The notes beneath the pieces were generated by a model. That model was not told the origin of the DNA. It saw only the letters and a program-made list of their open reading frames with translations, and did not search any database. A stretch of 63,878 nucleotides of DNA, filler included, from Perkinsus chesapeaki ATCC PRA-425 (Eukaryota; Protista; Perkinsozoa), in NCBI GenBank assembly GCA_013115145.1. It is 8 parts of 8 records of this genome, joined end to end, with 100 filler letters (N's around TTAATTAATTAA, not from the genome) between each part and the next. Parts side by side here need not be neighbours in the genome. Positions count along the whole stretch, not along the records: positions 45,340 to 54,810 come from JAAPAO010000937.1; positions 54,911 to 59,064 come from JAAPAO010001310.1; positions 59,165 to 62,520 come from JAAPAO010001424.1; 5 more parts are not named here. One strand, given 5' to 3'. Shown in pieces: positions 48,236 through 60,756 of the stretch (within the stretch, counting starts at the first letter, position 1; each line of letters begins with the position of its first letter). Both the position numbers and the translations under genes were made by a program.

Positions 48236-50388
48236 CGCACTTAATGTAACAATTAGCGATTCACCTTGTGTATCCCTTCCATGGAGATGAAGCCATTGCT
48301 CATGTTGCTACCTTACCCCTATTGCGTTACATATCTCCTATACCCTTTGTTCAGTTTTATCGTATAATGGATCACACCGACTGCACATCATTCATGACGT
48401 CCACCAGGGCTTTGGTTAGGCCTGTGGACCCTCGGCCAGGCAGTCTGTAATATCTTAAGGGACCCTGCGTAAAAGAGGCATAGTCTTTCTATGTTACCAC
48501 TATGAGAAATTTCAGCGCTCGAAACACGATTTTTCGAAGCATTCCATATGCCAAATTGAGGGATAATTTTGGCGCTCTTCTGAAGGCCAGCATGATGCGC
48601 TAGCGCTATTTGTTCTTTTGTGACCTACATTATGTAAGTGTCATTATTTAGCGCTAGGAAATGGTATTTGTTTGGTTATAGATTATGGTAAGAACGTATA
48701 TTACTGTACATTATAAGTGGTGTTATTTAGTACCATAAGTAAATATACGTAAGTGCATTTGGTACTGTCGCCTATACTGCTGTAGCTAGTATTTGAGGCA
48801 GCATTGTATGGCCCCAGTGGGCGAGCAATTGGGATGGTGTTCAGATATGGTTTGAGGACATGTGGGGTGAGCTCGACAGGGCAGCTGTTCCCCAGACCAC
48901 AGCGAACTAAAAAGTACGATGTGATGAGACCGGAGGGGTATGGTGATTTTTCGTCAGCCATTTGGTTAAGTCGATGAGCTCTATTATGTCAAGCGCATGG
49001 TGTCACCCTAAGTCCAGGATATCCTGTGCAAGGAACTCGGATGTTAATGAGATAACGGAGGGTTGGACTTATGATGGTAATACTAGGGAAGGGTGCATAC
49101 CTCGCAAATATGATCAAATTAGCTTAGCATCGAAGTGTGACGCTTGCGTCATCTCCGCCCCTTTACGGTGGGTTTCCAACTCTGCCACTAGAAAAAATGC
49201 ATAATCTGCAGTGAGGTTGGTAGGGATATATACCTATCAATTTTTGAAAATTGAATATTTCCATGAAATGATTTCTAGAGTTAAAACTGACTTCAGAATC
49301 GAATCCAGCGACGTTGGTTTCATAAGTTCAAACAGCTCACCTCGGCCACTGTGTCCATCTCAGCGCCAAAGATTTCCACCCGCCTATAGGGAGTAAATTT
49401 GGAGTCGAATCTTCCTTATGTGGCTCTATTTTTCGAAATTGTATTAGTAGACGGTATCAGCTGGTAGAACTGCTTAGTTGTTATGGGTCGATATTGCTCT
49501 TAAGGTGGCTTTGATGATATAACCGATATTATGGAGCCGTGGACTATAACTCACAAGCGGCTGGTCAATCGCGGCTTATACGAAGGACAGAATAAATGGG
49601 CGGCAGAAGGATTTGATTTACTTCGACCGAAACATACGGATGTAATACCGTAGATCGGCTTGAAGAGATTTAGGGGTAGTTACCAAAACGAGGGAAGTCG
49701 CCTCATTGGGCAGTTTCGGAGATGGGCTCTAAACTGGTAGGGGAATGGGCTGGTCTGTTCGGAAAGTCATTATAGGATACCCTTCGGACTAGTGCGGCTA
49801 CGAAATGGTCGTGTGGTAGTGCTTATGATATGCATAAACCAACGGCAGTGAGGAAGCCAGTGTGGTGGAGCCATAATGTGTATCCTCGAGCTAAGTTGAC
49901 TACTGCACTTACCATGAGCCGATCACATGTTCAATAGGTGTAATAAGGATATGTTGAGTTAATAGTATGCATGAGAAGGAGGGCGTGATGGCATTGGTAT
50001 TGGGTTGTATTCAAATATAAGCTACTTCATGTAGGCATTCGTAATAGACTTACCTAAAGCTGTTCTAATGTACTATAGTGTAGGGGGCTCTTGGGCTGCT
50101 ATTATGCACTACCTATCCAGGGTGCTGTGATAAATGGGTTGTGAAATTTATACTTCAATACTTCCAGTGTTGGAGTATAGAGCATGGGTATGCTTTAGAA
50201 CTACACGGTCGTCTCCTCAGTTTCAAACGTGTGCAGACTTCCTTTTCAAAGTTTTCCCAGATTCTAAAGTAAACTGGCTAGATGGATATTAAAAACAGGG
50301 AATTCCTCTTCGCTTGTGATAGATGAAACGGTATCCGAAATGATTGACTTTAAAAAGTGATGTTATGGGGGTTGTCTAGTTTACATTC

Positions 50389-53300
50389 ATGGCACCACGT
50401 AAAAAGCCAGGGCCGAAGCCGGGAAGTAAAAAGCCTTTAAATGCCACCAGTCAGCCTGACGACGATGGCTATGCTCCCTTTCACAAACTAGTCAGCCATC
50501 CCCCACTTGTACCCTCCTCAGCTGTAATAGGGATGCAATAGGGATATATGCAATCATGACCTTTCAGGTATATGCCACGTTTTCGGGCATGGAAATGGGA
50601 TCTGATACGGAGAATGCACGCAAGTAGTAGGGGTGGGGTTGGGACTCTCCGTTTTGGGTGGTAAATTGTCGAAGTTTAACGGGAATTTTTGCTAGCTGAT
50701 ACCTTCCGCGCCGCGGAACCCGCGGTATGGACGATATGGAAGAAACACGCCAATACGTCGAGTTTGTGTCCCTCTTGCGCTACCGCGTTGAAATGCGTTT
50801 TGCACAATGTAAGAAATATCTTGCCCTCTACGTGAAGCGTGCAAGGGGTTTAACAGTTTTTCCCATAATACGGGGTATCTTGAGTGTTGATATGATCATC
50901 ACTATCTGCATTCCACTATTATAGTGGCACTTCATGGTTTCACCCTCACTATCTTCACCAAGTGCAGAAGTTGCAGAAGTTTGGAAGGTATTTTTGTACA
51001 TGCTTAAGTACTACGAAGCACAGGGCCTGAGCCTGAGTAGACTACCCAGGGTTGTCATGAGGAAAAATAAATCTCCAGAGAGGACTGTAATGTCGTATAC
51101 GTTATGTTCTATATACTGTTACGTACGCGTTTATTTTAGTATGATGCACTCAACAACTGTGTGATTGTTGAGGACATACTTTGGTCCAACTCCAGCACCG
51201 AGCACTGCTAAGGTCGGTACCGTAGCGACGGGGCGAGATTGACAAGTCCGGCATAGTTATCATATCGCCGAGACTGTTGAATCGCGCCCGCATTTACACT
51301 TCATTGGGTCTCCCAGTCTGGAAGTAGATTACAGCTTCCAGAATATCGCACTCGCTGACCTGACAGTACCGCTGGTAGCCTGACCACCGGCCTTAGGCTG
51401 GCACTGATGAATGACCAGTGGTGATTTTAATAAAATTATTTTATGCTCCCTACCTCAAGGAGAAAAGCCCCTACCTATCGGTTTAGGCTTAGGGGATAAG
51501 GAGTGGGGTCTCGAGCATGGTCTCAACCAAGATCTGATGTTTCAAACCAATCACCAGACGGGCAGTTTCCGTGCGATCGACGTCGGACGGGCTATCAACT
51601 ACTTCTTGAAAGTGGTCAGTTGCAACGCTGCGAGGTTCAACTTAAGCTCGAACTATTCAACCGATACGTCGTAGGGTGGGGTTTCATTGCTGGCGGCGAT
51701 ATTCCAGATGATCGTAAAGTTTTCGGAGGACCTCTGGATGTCCTGGATACCATACAGGCTACAAGTTGCGTGCAGATTGTGCGGCGGTGCAGTGCCAGGG
51801 TTGTTGTTTAGGTTGCTCTAGCTCAACCTCCTTTGTCGTGTTACGTACTACGAAGCTCAGGGCCTCATCCTGAGCAGTCATGGAAAAACAACTTACCATT
51901 TACTTCCATACGCGTTTTATTTTATCACGAGAATTCGATCGCTATGTATATATTTATATAAACTCTCTAGAGAAGATTGATAGCTAGGCACTGTCTAGTA
52001 GGCAGTTGAACTCCTCAGGAGTTACTCCTATATGAGTTCTCATGAACTTCAGGCGAACCATTGGCGCGTTGTGCAACATCATAGAGACCACAGACCTTCC
52101 CCAAGATGAGGCCGATGCTATAATGTCGGTGATACTCAAATCAATGATCAAAGTCCCCGATCCGGTACTAGCCTTGAATAAGGTATTCAGTTGAGTATAT
52201 GTTAGATGCGGGGGGATCCACGTGTGTTCAATTGCTTTGAGGCTTGGGCACAAAGAGAGATGGCAAAAGCGAAGGATAAGGATAGAGAGAGGTGGGAAAT
52301 GGGACATCCAGTTGCAAAGATTTTCGGAGGAGAATTTTAAAGTTGATATTTATCCCGAACGTGCCATTTCGTAGCTTCTACGCATATGCAGTATAATGTC
52401 ACCGTCTTTCGAACCTCTCAGATATCAAGCAATAGTGAGCGCTCTTATGGAGATATATAGTAAAAAGCTGAACAGGACATATCCTAAGTAGGCCACTCCT
52501 GGAGCAGTGCCAAAGGAAAAGTGTCTCAGGCTTATCCGAGATCCTGGTGCCGAACATGCTATTTTTCGGTCGGCGTTAATGCATTATTGTGCGACAGGGG
52601 ACATGTCAGCATGGTAAGGTTGATATATGAGATGTTAGAATAATTGAAGTTAATGTTAGCTTGCATGATTTACAGAGAAAAACGCGACAGTGGAACATGT
52701 TACCGAAACGAACTAATAAGAAGACAAAGCCCGAAGATGGTAGGGAATGTGCGACTCATCAACGTTTCCTTCGAGGGTCTTTATTAGCGCTCTATGACCC
52801 TGTGGAACTTTATAACTGGCTTTATAGTATGATCTTGCATTCGTGTGGGGGTTGGCTTATCCAGACTATTATAGCCGTTTCAGATGTGGAGATGTCGAGC
52901 GGGTCGTATAGCTCTGGATCGATGAGCTCCTATGAGGTTGATGATAATGGGGACAACAATACTCAAAAGAAGGGCCTCTGGTCAGTTAGGTGAGTGCTCA
53001 CTTCAGCGTACGTGAACCATTTAAGCTGGGGGCTATTAATCCCTGTCTATTCCGGATATTGTCAAACAGCCAAGTGTGATATTATCTTTGTTTGTTTATT
53101 TAGATATAGTGAAGTGGCTGCTGAATGGAACAGAGTGCTTCAACAGGCTGTTCATCCGGAGAAGTACCCTTCAAGTGAGCTGTGGGACCTCCACTCTCGG
53201 GCCGTATGCCAGCACAGCTAAAATGATGCTGACTTCAATAGCAAAGCATCGATTACTTTGTACTCGTAGTTGAGTTTCGTTACCCTGATTTTACTGCCTA

Positions 53301-54393
53301 TCATTATAACTATTTGTTCGCAGTATACTACATTACGCATATAACAAGAATCCTGCGCTATGCAGCGCAGTTCTTGCTTGTACTGTTCCATAACTTCTCC
53401 ACACTGTAACGTGTACGTGAAGGCTGCTTGTGGTTTTCATAAAGAGATATTTAACATTTCTTCGGTTCAGAAGCGGATCCTGACGAGCTGCAACGTCAAG
53501 TGTTTTTGATGGGGGAAGAGCCTTGGCGAATAACCCAGTTTGAATTAGTCAAGGTGAGAAGCGTTAAGAAGCATTTCTCGAGCTGTTCAAGCCGATTGCT
53601 TGCAAATAATTCTCCAGTTTCCCGTCTCTGTTTCCCTCCATACACCCCTGATATGCTTTTCCTGATGGCGGGTTCCAATTTTGCTCTCAGATTCTGAACT
53701 CCGCTGCATCATTGCCTCGAGAAGAGGCCCTCCGAATAGAACTGCCAGAATGGTTCCTGGATGAGTTGACGCTGTGGACGCCAGATAAATACGAATTCGA
53801 GGGTTATGTAAACACGTTACATAAAGTAAGGTCGATGCACTAGTCTCTGTGGGTATTCTCCTCTCAGCTTCCAACGTTTAACGTCCACAGGGAGCTCTTC
53901 ATGAGAATCCAGCACTGCGAGAGCGAATCGGGGAGTCTAGAGGAGATGACCGACATGATCAATCTGCTGGTTCGGGCACATGAGCAGTTTGCCGCCGATC
54001 CGGCAGCTCCTAAAGGGTACCACTCCGATACGTCACTTGGCTTCTGAGCCTTCTCTCAGAACATCTTATGGCGAAGTTAACGGTCTTGTATTTGAGCCCG
54101 ATCGAGTGCGAATGTGGTATAATTTATTTTGGTGTCCCTCGGCCCTGAAACTTCGGCCGCATGCTGTCTGTCGGCTAAGCATAGCTATCTTGCTCGAATT
54201 CTGTTCCAAGAATTGGAGGGCTGCACGGATGCCTGGCGGTGTGGCGAACATGGCTGCTGAGGTGTTGAAGAATACAGCATCAGCTAAAGACGCTGCCTGG
54301 GAAGGAGTTTATGATAGGGACAAGCTGGTTGGTATAATGCGGAAACAACGCGCCCTTGCCAAGGAGTCTAAGCTTGATTTGGATATGTGGTGA
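50389..54393 (+). CDS. Possible multi-exon gene(s) of unknown function, partly degenerate
   Basis: ATG with MAPRKKPGPKPGSKK, scattered coding-like exons with a Cys-rich piece, and ORFs at 52661-52993 and 53980-54393; no family recognised. Confidence 0.3.
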
Positions 54394-54910
54394 TGATTAT
54401 AACTGCATTACCATCCACTGTTGTCGACTCCACGTACAGTATTTACAATTGCTCAGTTTCTCAAACACTAAGAACTTCGAGTTGTTAGTTTGAGCCAAGA
54501 GATATTACAAGAGACCAATTAGGAGATACCAGAACGAGGAGGCGCCAAAGTCCAACAAATCGCTCGAAAAAGGGAACCTTTGTTCGGCGTAGCCTGTGCA
54601 TCGCTTCTCGCGTTGTCGATCATAGCAATGAGGGTTGACGCAGCTGGCCAAGTTTACTCGAGATGACTGCAGGGTTCTGTGACATGGATTCTTTCGAGTG
54701 CGATGAGGTCGGGCGGGCAAGTTGGACTGCCGCCCACCTTGTCAGGACTACGAATAAGACCCGACCCAAAGATGTACTGCTAAACCCAAGAACAACCAAG
54801 ATATAGACACNNNNNNNNNNNNNNNNNNNNNNNNNNNNNNNNNNNNNNNNNNNNTTAATTAATTAANNNNNNNNNNNNNNNNNNNNNNNNNNNNNNNNNN
54901 NNNNNNNNNN

Positions 54911-54983
54911 CACACTACATTTGTTGCCTTTCATACCGTTTCTCACCCAATCGAATTAAATTAGTACTATTACATTGTGGTTG
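54911..54983. repeat. 73-bp direct repeat, copy 1 (at contig edge)
   Basis: Identical to 56771-56843. Confidence 0.95.
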
Positions 54984-55483
54984 ATTAGTGAAGGTTGTGA
55001 CTTCACGAAAAGGCTAATCTGTTCGAGGTCAGTTGGATTAAAGATGATGGGCGAGTGATAGTACAGCTGGCGAGATGAATCAGGCAACACAGTGCGCGAG
55101 AGAGGAGGCGTAGAGATGAGTGAGTGCGCGTTAGCGAAATGAACTTCAAGAGTATAGGTCTCATGGGTGCACGCAACCAAAGCTAACCGAACGAAGGAAA
55201 GTGCGCAGCTGACTACGAGTTCTCAGTGAGAGCTTCTCACCGACTCAACGCCAAGCTAGCTAGGATTCGGTGCCGCGTAAAATGAAGAAGCCGGGCGCCG
55301 ATACCGGAATCTCTTGCATGTTAAGCGTTCTAGCCAGCCTCCGTAACTAGTCCCTGTTAGACCAGCGTGCACCGCTTATTTGCTGACTGGTGAGCATTTT
55401 CATTGCAGCCCCATACCCCTGAACAATGTTGAAAGCAAGGTTCGATTGTAAACAACATACCTAGGCAGGTATTCGGATGTGCT

Positions 55484-55557
55484 GGTCGTTTAGCTCAGTC
55501 GGTTAGAGCATCGTGCTAATAACGCGAGGGTCGCAGGTTCGAGCCCTGCATCGACCA
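55484..55557 (+). tRNA. tRNA-Ile(AAT)
   Basis: GGTCGTT-TAGCTCAGTCGGTTAGAGC-A-TCGTG-CTAATAA-CGCGA-GGGTC-GCAGG-TTCGAGC-CCTGC-ATCGACC-A. Confidence 0.9.
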
Positions 55558-55962
55558 TCGTTTTGCTGAGTGATCTGCTCTTTCAGGCCCGCTTGAAACC
55601 CGAGTGCAAACTTGAATGCAAACGAGAGTAAATCACAAACTGTGGCCAAGTAGTCGTGTGAGGCTCCAATAGAGAGTCTGGCTAAATACCACTGAACAAT
55701 GTTGAGGAAACACTAACGTGCGGATCACTGGGGCATTCATGAGTCACAACCAAGCAGCAATAAGAACGAGTCGGCCAACATTGGACAGGGGGCATCGGGG
55801 TTGTTCTATGTTTGGTCCATTCTTTTCCCGGACCAGGCTCGATTGTCGGCCACCAAGTAAGTGATCGTATGTCCTTTTTCTACGATTTACTCTGAAATAT
55901 GCCCCGCGTGCTTGAGGACAAACTAACTTCATGGACTACAAAGAAGGAAGTAACTTATAGCA

Positions 55963-56034
55963 TCCGCGGTAGTATAGAGGTTAGTATTCCTGCCTGTCAC
56001 GCAGGAGACCCGAGTTCAATTCTCGGCCGTGGAA
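55963..56034 (+). tRNA. tRNA-Asp(GTC)
   Basis: TCCGCGG/CCGTGGA acceptor, CCTGC-CTGTCAC-GCAGG anticodon arm, CCGAG-TTCAATT-CTCGG T-arm; discriminator A rather than the usual G. Confidence 0.88.
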
Positions 56035-56149
56035 TTTACGTTTCGCTTGAGAACGTATCAGACCCGCGCAACATTACGAATTGTAATGGACCATCAGGAT
56101 ATGCCAACTTGCCGGCTGACGAACACTCTTTTTCGGTTCGCATTTCTCG

Positions 56150-56215
56150 TTCTGTCTCCGGGATTCGAACGTTGACCTTCACTGCGAGAGACTGCAATTC
56201 AAACCAATGACACTA
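56150..56215 (-). pseudogene. Degenerate tRNA-like sequence (possibly Glu CTC)
   Basis: TAGTGTCATTGG...CTCTCGC...GTTCGAATCCCGG; stems largely unpaired. Confidence 0.35.
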
Positions 56216-56294
56216 TTATCACCTCAGTTATTGAGGTACTGCAAAGGAGTTCTGGTGGCTGCGAGCTGCAACTGTAGAGTTGCTTTACATACAT

Positions 56295-56377
56295 AAAGGT
56301 CTTTGCTCCTGAGTGCCAAGCAGATTCCGAGTGCAAGCGCACCATGTATATTTACCTTGAGCCAGAGAGGCTACGGT
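56295..56377 (-). ncRNA. Spliced-leader RNA gene 2 (variant exon)
   Basis: Minus strand ACCGTAGCCTCTCTGGCTCAAG then GTAAATAT donor; 58 nt to the first T-run, the same as gene 1; shared upstream boxes. Confidence 0.82.
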
Positions 56378-56387
56378 GGCAGATAAT

Positions 56388-56438
56388 GGTCGATGTTGAA
56401 GCGCGCTCAGTAGCATTAAATTCTCGCGCGCACCGAAA
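56388..56438 (-). promoter_or_regulatory. Upstream elements of SL RNA gene 2
   Basis: TTTTCGGTGCGCGC, AGAATTTAATGCTAC (56424-56410), TCAACATCGACC (56399-56388). Confidence 0.75.
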
Positions 56439-56770
56439 AACTCATTGCCATACCAGATTTCCCACGACTACTTCTCGAACAAAGTGGTGACAGCCCATCC
56501 GTTTCCAGACGTTGAATCACCGTCATGATTCCACATTCACAGTGAATTGGAATGCAGAAAAGGTGGGGGCATAGACAGGACGGCAACTGGTGATTCAATC
56601 AAGTATTATAAAGAATAATTAATATATACTATATTTTAGTATAAAATGCTATCACCAGTCACCGTTGTACGACGGAAGGAAACGTCATCGAAGAGGTTGC
56701 GAAGGTGAATGTAGCTGAATGAAGGCATACTGATGCGGTGATTCACTCTCAGCTCGCGACTTCAACATGT

Positions 56771-56843
56771 CACACTACATTTGTTGCCTTTCATACCGTT
56801 TCTCACCCAATCGAATTAAATTAGTACTATTACATTGTGGTTG
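56771..56843. repeat. 73-bp direct repeat, copy 2
   Basis: Identical to 54911-54983; truncates the integrase ORF. Confidence 0.95.
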
Positions 56844-58700
56844 TGATCGCTTCTTGAAGACTTCCCGGCGAGCTTAGTAAGATACGCATTAATGATACAT
56901 GAAGAGTCTACCGGTTCACAAAGCGGAAGCAAGACAGTGAATCGGGTATAAGCACAGGTTACAGTGAGCACCGCAGACCGATGGAGATTGAACTCAGCCT
57001 CAAGCTCTCGAACCAACATAAATATATCAGATCCCACAGCAAACCATGGCAAAGGAACTTGTAGACATTGTCCTGATATTGACACAGATATGTCAGAAGC
57101 ATTCTTCGCTGAGCTTTGGCATATGGCACATTGTCGAACGAAAAGTTTACAGTCCTTACGTACAGATGGCCACCAATAAGCTTGCTGTATCATTCCACAT
57201 AGGAGTTGAGCTGATCCATGAATCGAAAATTCATGAACTCAGCCTCAAGATCTCGACCCAACATAAATATATCAGAGCCCACAGCAAACCATGGCAAAGG
57301 AACCATGGCATCTCCTTGAACGTCTCGCCATGACTTGCACAAATTGGCATTATCATTAAAGCCAATAATCTTATCGCATCGCAAAGCGTCTAGATTATCA
57401 GACACTCACATTTGAGCTCCTCGTTCACGTAGAGCTCCGAAGCTGCTCTCTCCTTTTCCAGGCACCACCACAAAGTCGAACTGGCAGAATCCTATACACT
57501 TGACTATTCTACGCCGGCAGCAAGTCGTCGCCCGGACCAATCTTATAGATTCTTTCCTCTAGTTAAGGGAACAGAGAGGGACAGGCAGTTCAGGCATTAA
57601 CAATGACCACCCTAAAAGAACACCGTACCACGATTCTACATAAAAATCCGCCGCCACAGTCGTGGCAGCACAATGTCCTTAATTAAGAGGTGTTAACCCT
57701 TATGTATAACTCTGGGCAAGGTCGTGCCAGGCATTAGAAATATCATCCCAGTGGCGTCATCGGCATACTCGTCATTCTGCAACTTCTTGACCATACCATT
57801 TAAGCATCGAAGGGCCTCTCGTTCCTTGACCTCCAACTAATGGCTAAACTACTGAAAGTCGCCAGCCCACGGAGAAACCTTAACTTATAAGACTTGCATT
57901 TCTTCTCAAATAGTTCCCATTCCGCTTCAAAAGCAGCAGAAGAAAGATCTCGGCGTTGTGTCGCTGAAGTAAGCAAAGGAACACCACTCTGGCAGCCAGC
58001 AATAAGATAACCACAGAAAACCAATTTATCAGTTGCTCTTTGAGCCTTAGAGTCTCTACATTCGAAACAATACTTCTGCACTTCATCAATCAGTATAGTC
58101 AAAGCCAAGTTTACAGTTTCTTCATCTGGCCCTGCCACAATGACATCATCTTGTAAACTACGCAGGCTGCAGTCTACATTGGTTCTTTCAAGGCAGATCG
58201 CGCATCTACCAGTATTGTTTCTACTGCCCTACCAAATAAGATTGAGGATTGCTAATATCCCATAGGTAACCGTTTCCAGGCGAACAATACTTTTTCATTG
58301 CCCTCGTCATCAAGTACTCTAGTGGCCATATGCTTTTGCATTTCGGAGCTGATATATACTCCATGAAAAGCATCTCGCAAGTCAATCCTCCCAAAATAAG
58401 CACCGTGGCTGAGAGGCAGTAAACGAATCAAGTCGTTGACACCGTATTAAGATAGCCTACTTTCCTCATCTTGCTTCGAAGTGGGCGCACTAGTACCAAT
58501 CTAATTGACGAACCGAAGATCTAGAGTCACACTAAAATTTCCCAACAGTTTTTCCGCGTTTTTCTCCTAAGATATCGGGTAGAACCTTCCAAGAATCGGC
58601 ACTTTTCTTAGCTACTAACACTACTTCATTAACCGTCCAAGCTTCTCCTGCATGTAGTCGGGTGACTTTATCTTTCTTAATCTCTCCATAAGGCAGAGTA
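56844..58700 (-). mobile_element. Degenerate Ty3/Gypsy pol (RT-RNase H-integrase N-terminus)
   Basis: GYLWDISN, LQDDVIVAG, KLVFCGYLI (RT); FDFVVVPG (RNase H end); YWWPSVRKDCKLFVRQCAICQ and WFAVGSDIF (integrase); many stops and frameshifts. Confidence 0.8.
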
Positions 58701-59164
58701 ACTTATGGTCTTCTATTCGTAGAGGTAGCAGCCACACGGGCCGTGGCCACGGCCTCTCTCCTTTCAATGCTTTTTTAAGAGCCCCCCTTACTAGCACTGA
58801 AGCTGGCTATGATACTGGGAAGTTCCAACTCTCTTTTGGTTGGTCACCCGGGAATCTCATTAGCAATGTGCAGCTTATCCCAGTTAGCCATGTTTGCTTA
58901 TCGTCTTTGCGCTTTCGTTCTCCCTCACATTGTCAACAGGTGTTAGTTGTTTTCCTCCTCCTCCCCCATCAAATGTCCCAGCCCCTATCCTCCCGCTCCA
59001 ACGACCCCCCGACTGAAGCCGAGATGCGCGCCGCTGAGAAAGCCGTTACAGCTGCCGCCATGAANNNNNNNNNNNNNNNNNNNNNNNNNNNNNNNNNNNN
59101 NNNNNNNNTTAATTAATTAANNNNNNNNNNNNNNNNNNNNNNNNNNNNNNNNNNNNNNNNNNNN

Positions 59165-59234
<70 letters not shown>
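59165..59234. repeat. (ATT)n microsatellite at contig edge
   Basis: About 23 perfect ATT units. Confidence 0.95.
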
Positions 59235-59235
<1 letters not shown>

Positions 59236-59449
59236 CAACAATAGCAGGCCTGCTGAGTTTTTTAACTCATGGAGATGGTATAATTTATTAGTACCTGATC
59301 AATTATGGCTTGCTATGGGTTTATATCGATTACTTAAAGGTAATCATCATCATCCTCCTAATACCATCATAACCTTATTATTATTAGGTCTTTATCATCC
59401 AGGAGCAGCATTACCGCCAGATTCCTCATCCACCTCTAGTACACCTCCC

Positions 59450-60574
59450 TCTAGGATGCAATTACTATGGACATTATGTCGGTATGTGGACTAGTATTAC
59501 ACTATTTACTATTAATATCCTCAATGTCTTCCTCCTCTTCCTTCAGAGTAGACCCTGTAATTTTCGTAGCATGGGGTCTTACATTCATTGCCGAGCCTGC
59601 TTCACGACTTTTCGTAACTTATAATGCTGCTGGCGGCGGTGGTGGTATTAATGATATAGGTAAGGGGATTGGTGATGGTAATATCATATCCTAACTTATC
59701 AGAGTACGATGATGATGAAGAAGGAGATGATACTACTGATGAGATGCGTGTAGACGTATCTTCTGGTGATGCTAGAATAGCTTCCGAGGTAAAGCATAGC
59801 CATGACCTATCATACTCGATGAATATTATTTATTAGGAAGAGCGGCAGCAGCAAAGCGGCAGTGACACCAACAGCAGTACAGATTCATTTGTATCACTTC
59901 CGCGTAGCTCTCTATCACCTTGTAGGAAATGTCATAAAATAGGCACCGAGTAGTGATGATGATGATGTTGTTGTGTACTTCCCTTTTCAGTGATCCTGGA
60001 TATATTCTAATACCATGCGGTCATTACCCATACTGCCAGTTTTGTATAACATCATCCATAGACTCCACTGGTGGCTTTGTCTGTCCACAATGTGAAAAGT
60101 ATTGTATGGGTCGTAGCCAATCAACAACAACAACAACAACTAGAACTAGAAGCGGTATATTATCATGGCTGCTACCAAAGTGGTTGATTACCACCGCTGG
60201 TACAGTAAAGCAACAACAAGATCAACAAACCACTGTACCATCGACACCAGCAAAGGATATAATAAGGCTCGCTAGTAAATAGATATAATGATAATGATTA
60301 GGTGTTATCTTAGGCCCAGAGCTTTGTAAGAATGCTAAAAAGGTGTGCCCAGTATGCCAGGAGAGGCCTGGTAACTTAATACTAATGCCTTGTGGTCATC
60401 TTGGATTCTGTGGTGTATGTGTTGCTGCATTCAAACAAAGGTATATATAAGGATCCGTCTTACAGCATTGTAGTTATTGTTATTATTATTAGATGCCCTT
60501 ACTGTCGTAAAGGTATATCACGTGTCGTTAGGGGTTATGACACCCGTACTACTGATGATGATGATGATGAATGA
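59450..60574 (+). CDS. Protein with two C3HC4-type RING fingers (E3 ligase-like), multi-exon, 5' uncertain
   Basis: PCRKC...IPCGHYPYCQFC...CPQC and CPVCQERPGNLILMPCGHLGFCGVC...CPYCRKGI. Confidence 0.7.
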
Positions 60575-60756
60575 TAATAATACTCTTAGTCATTTATATA
60601 CATCAATAACATTATTATTACTAACATATCCTATTGTGTTATATTCATCGTACCTCCTCCTCCTCGTCCTCCTCGTCCTCGACCATCTCCACTGTTGTGC
60701 CTTTAATAGCAAGCCTGTTAGCAAGATTGTTAATAATGCTACATAACAGAATGCAT

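Noticed and set aside
50389-54393. Possible KDZ/Dada-type transposase suggested by a Cys-rich exon
   Set aside because: No DDE or other diagnostic motif could be assembled by eye; needs an HMM search on spliced models.
23329-55557. Functional link between ADAT3 and tRNA-Ile(AAT), which needs I34
   Set aside because: They are on different contigs; co-occurrence in the window is accidental.
55419-55707. CTGAACAATGTTGA twice around tRNA-Ile, sharing CAATGTTGA with the 42297 hairpin
   Set aside because: 14-bp and 9-bp matches with no consistent spacing to any gene; insufficient support.
58739-58754. 16-bp perfect palindrome GGCCGTGGCCACGGCC
   Set aside because: Isolated, at the edge of a decayed retroelement; no interpretable context.
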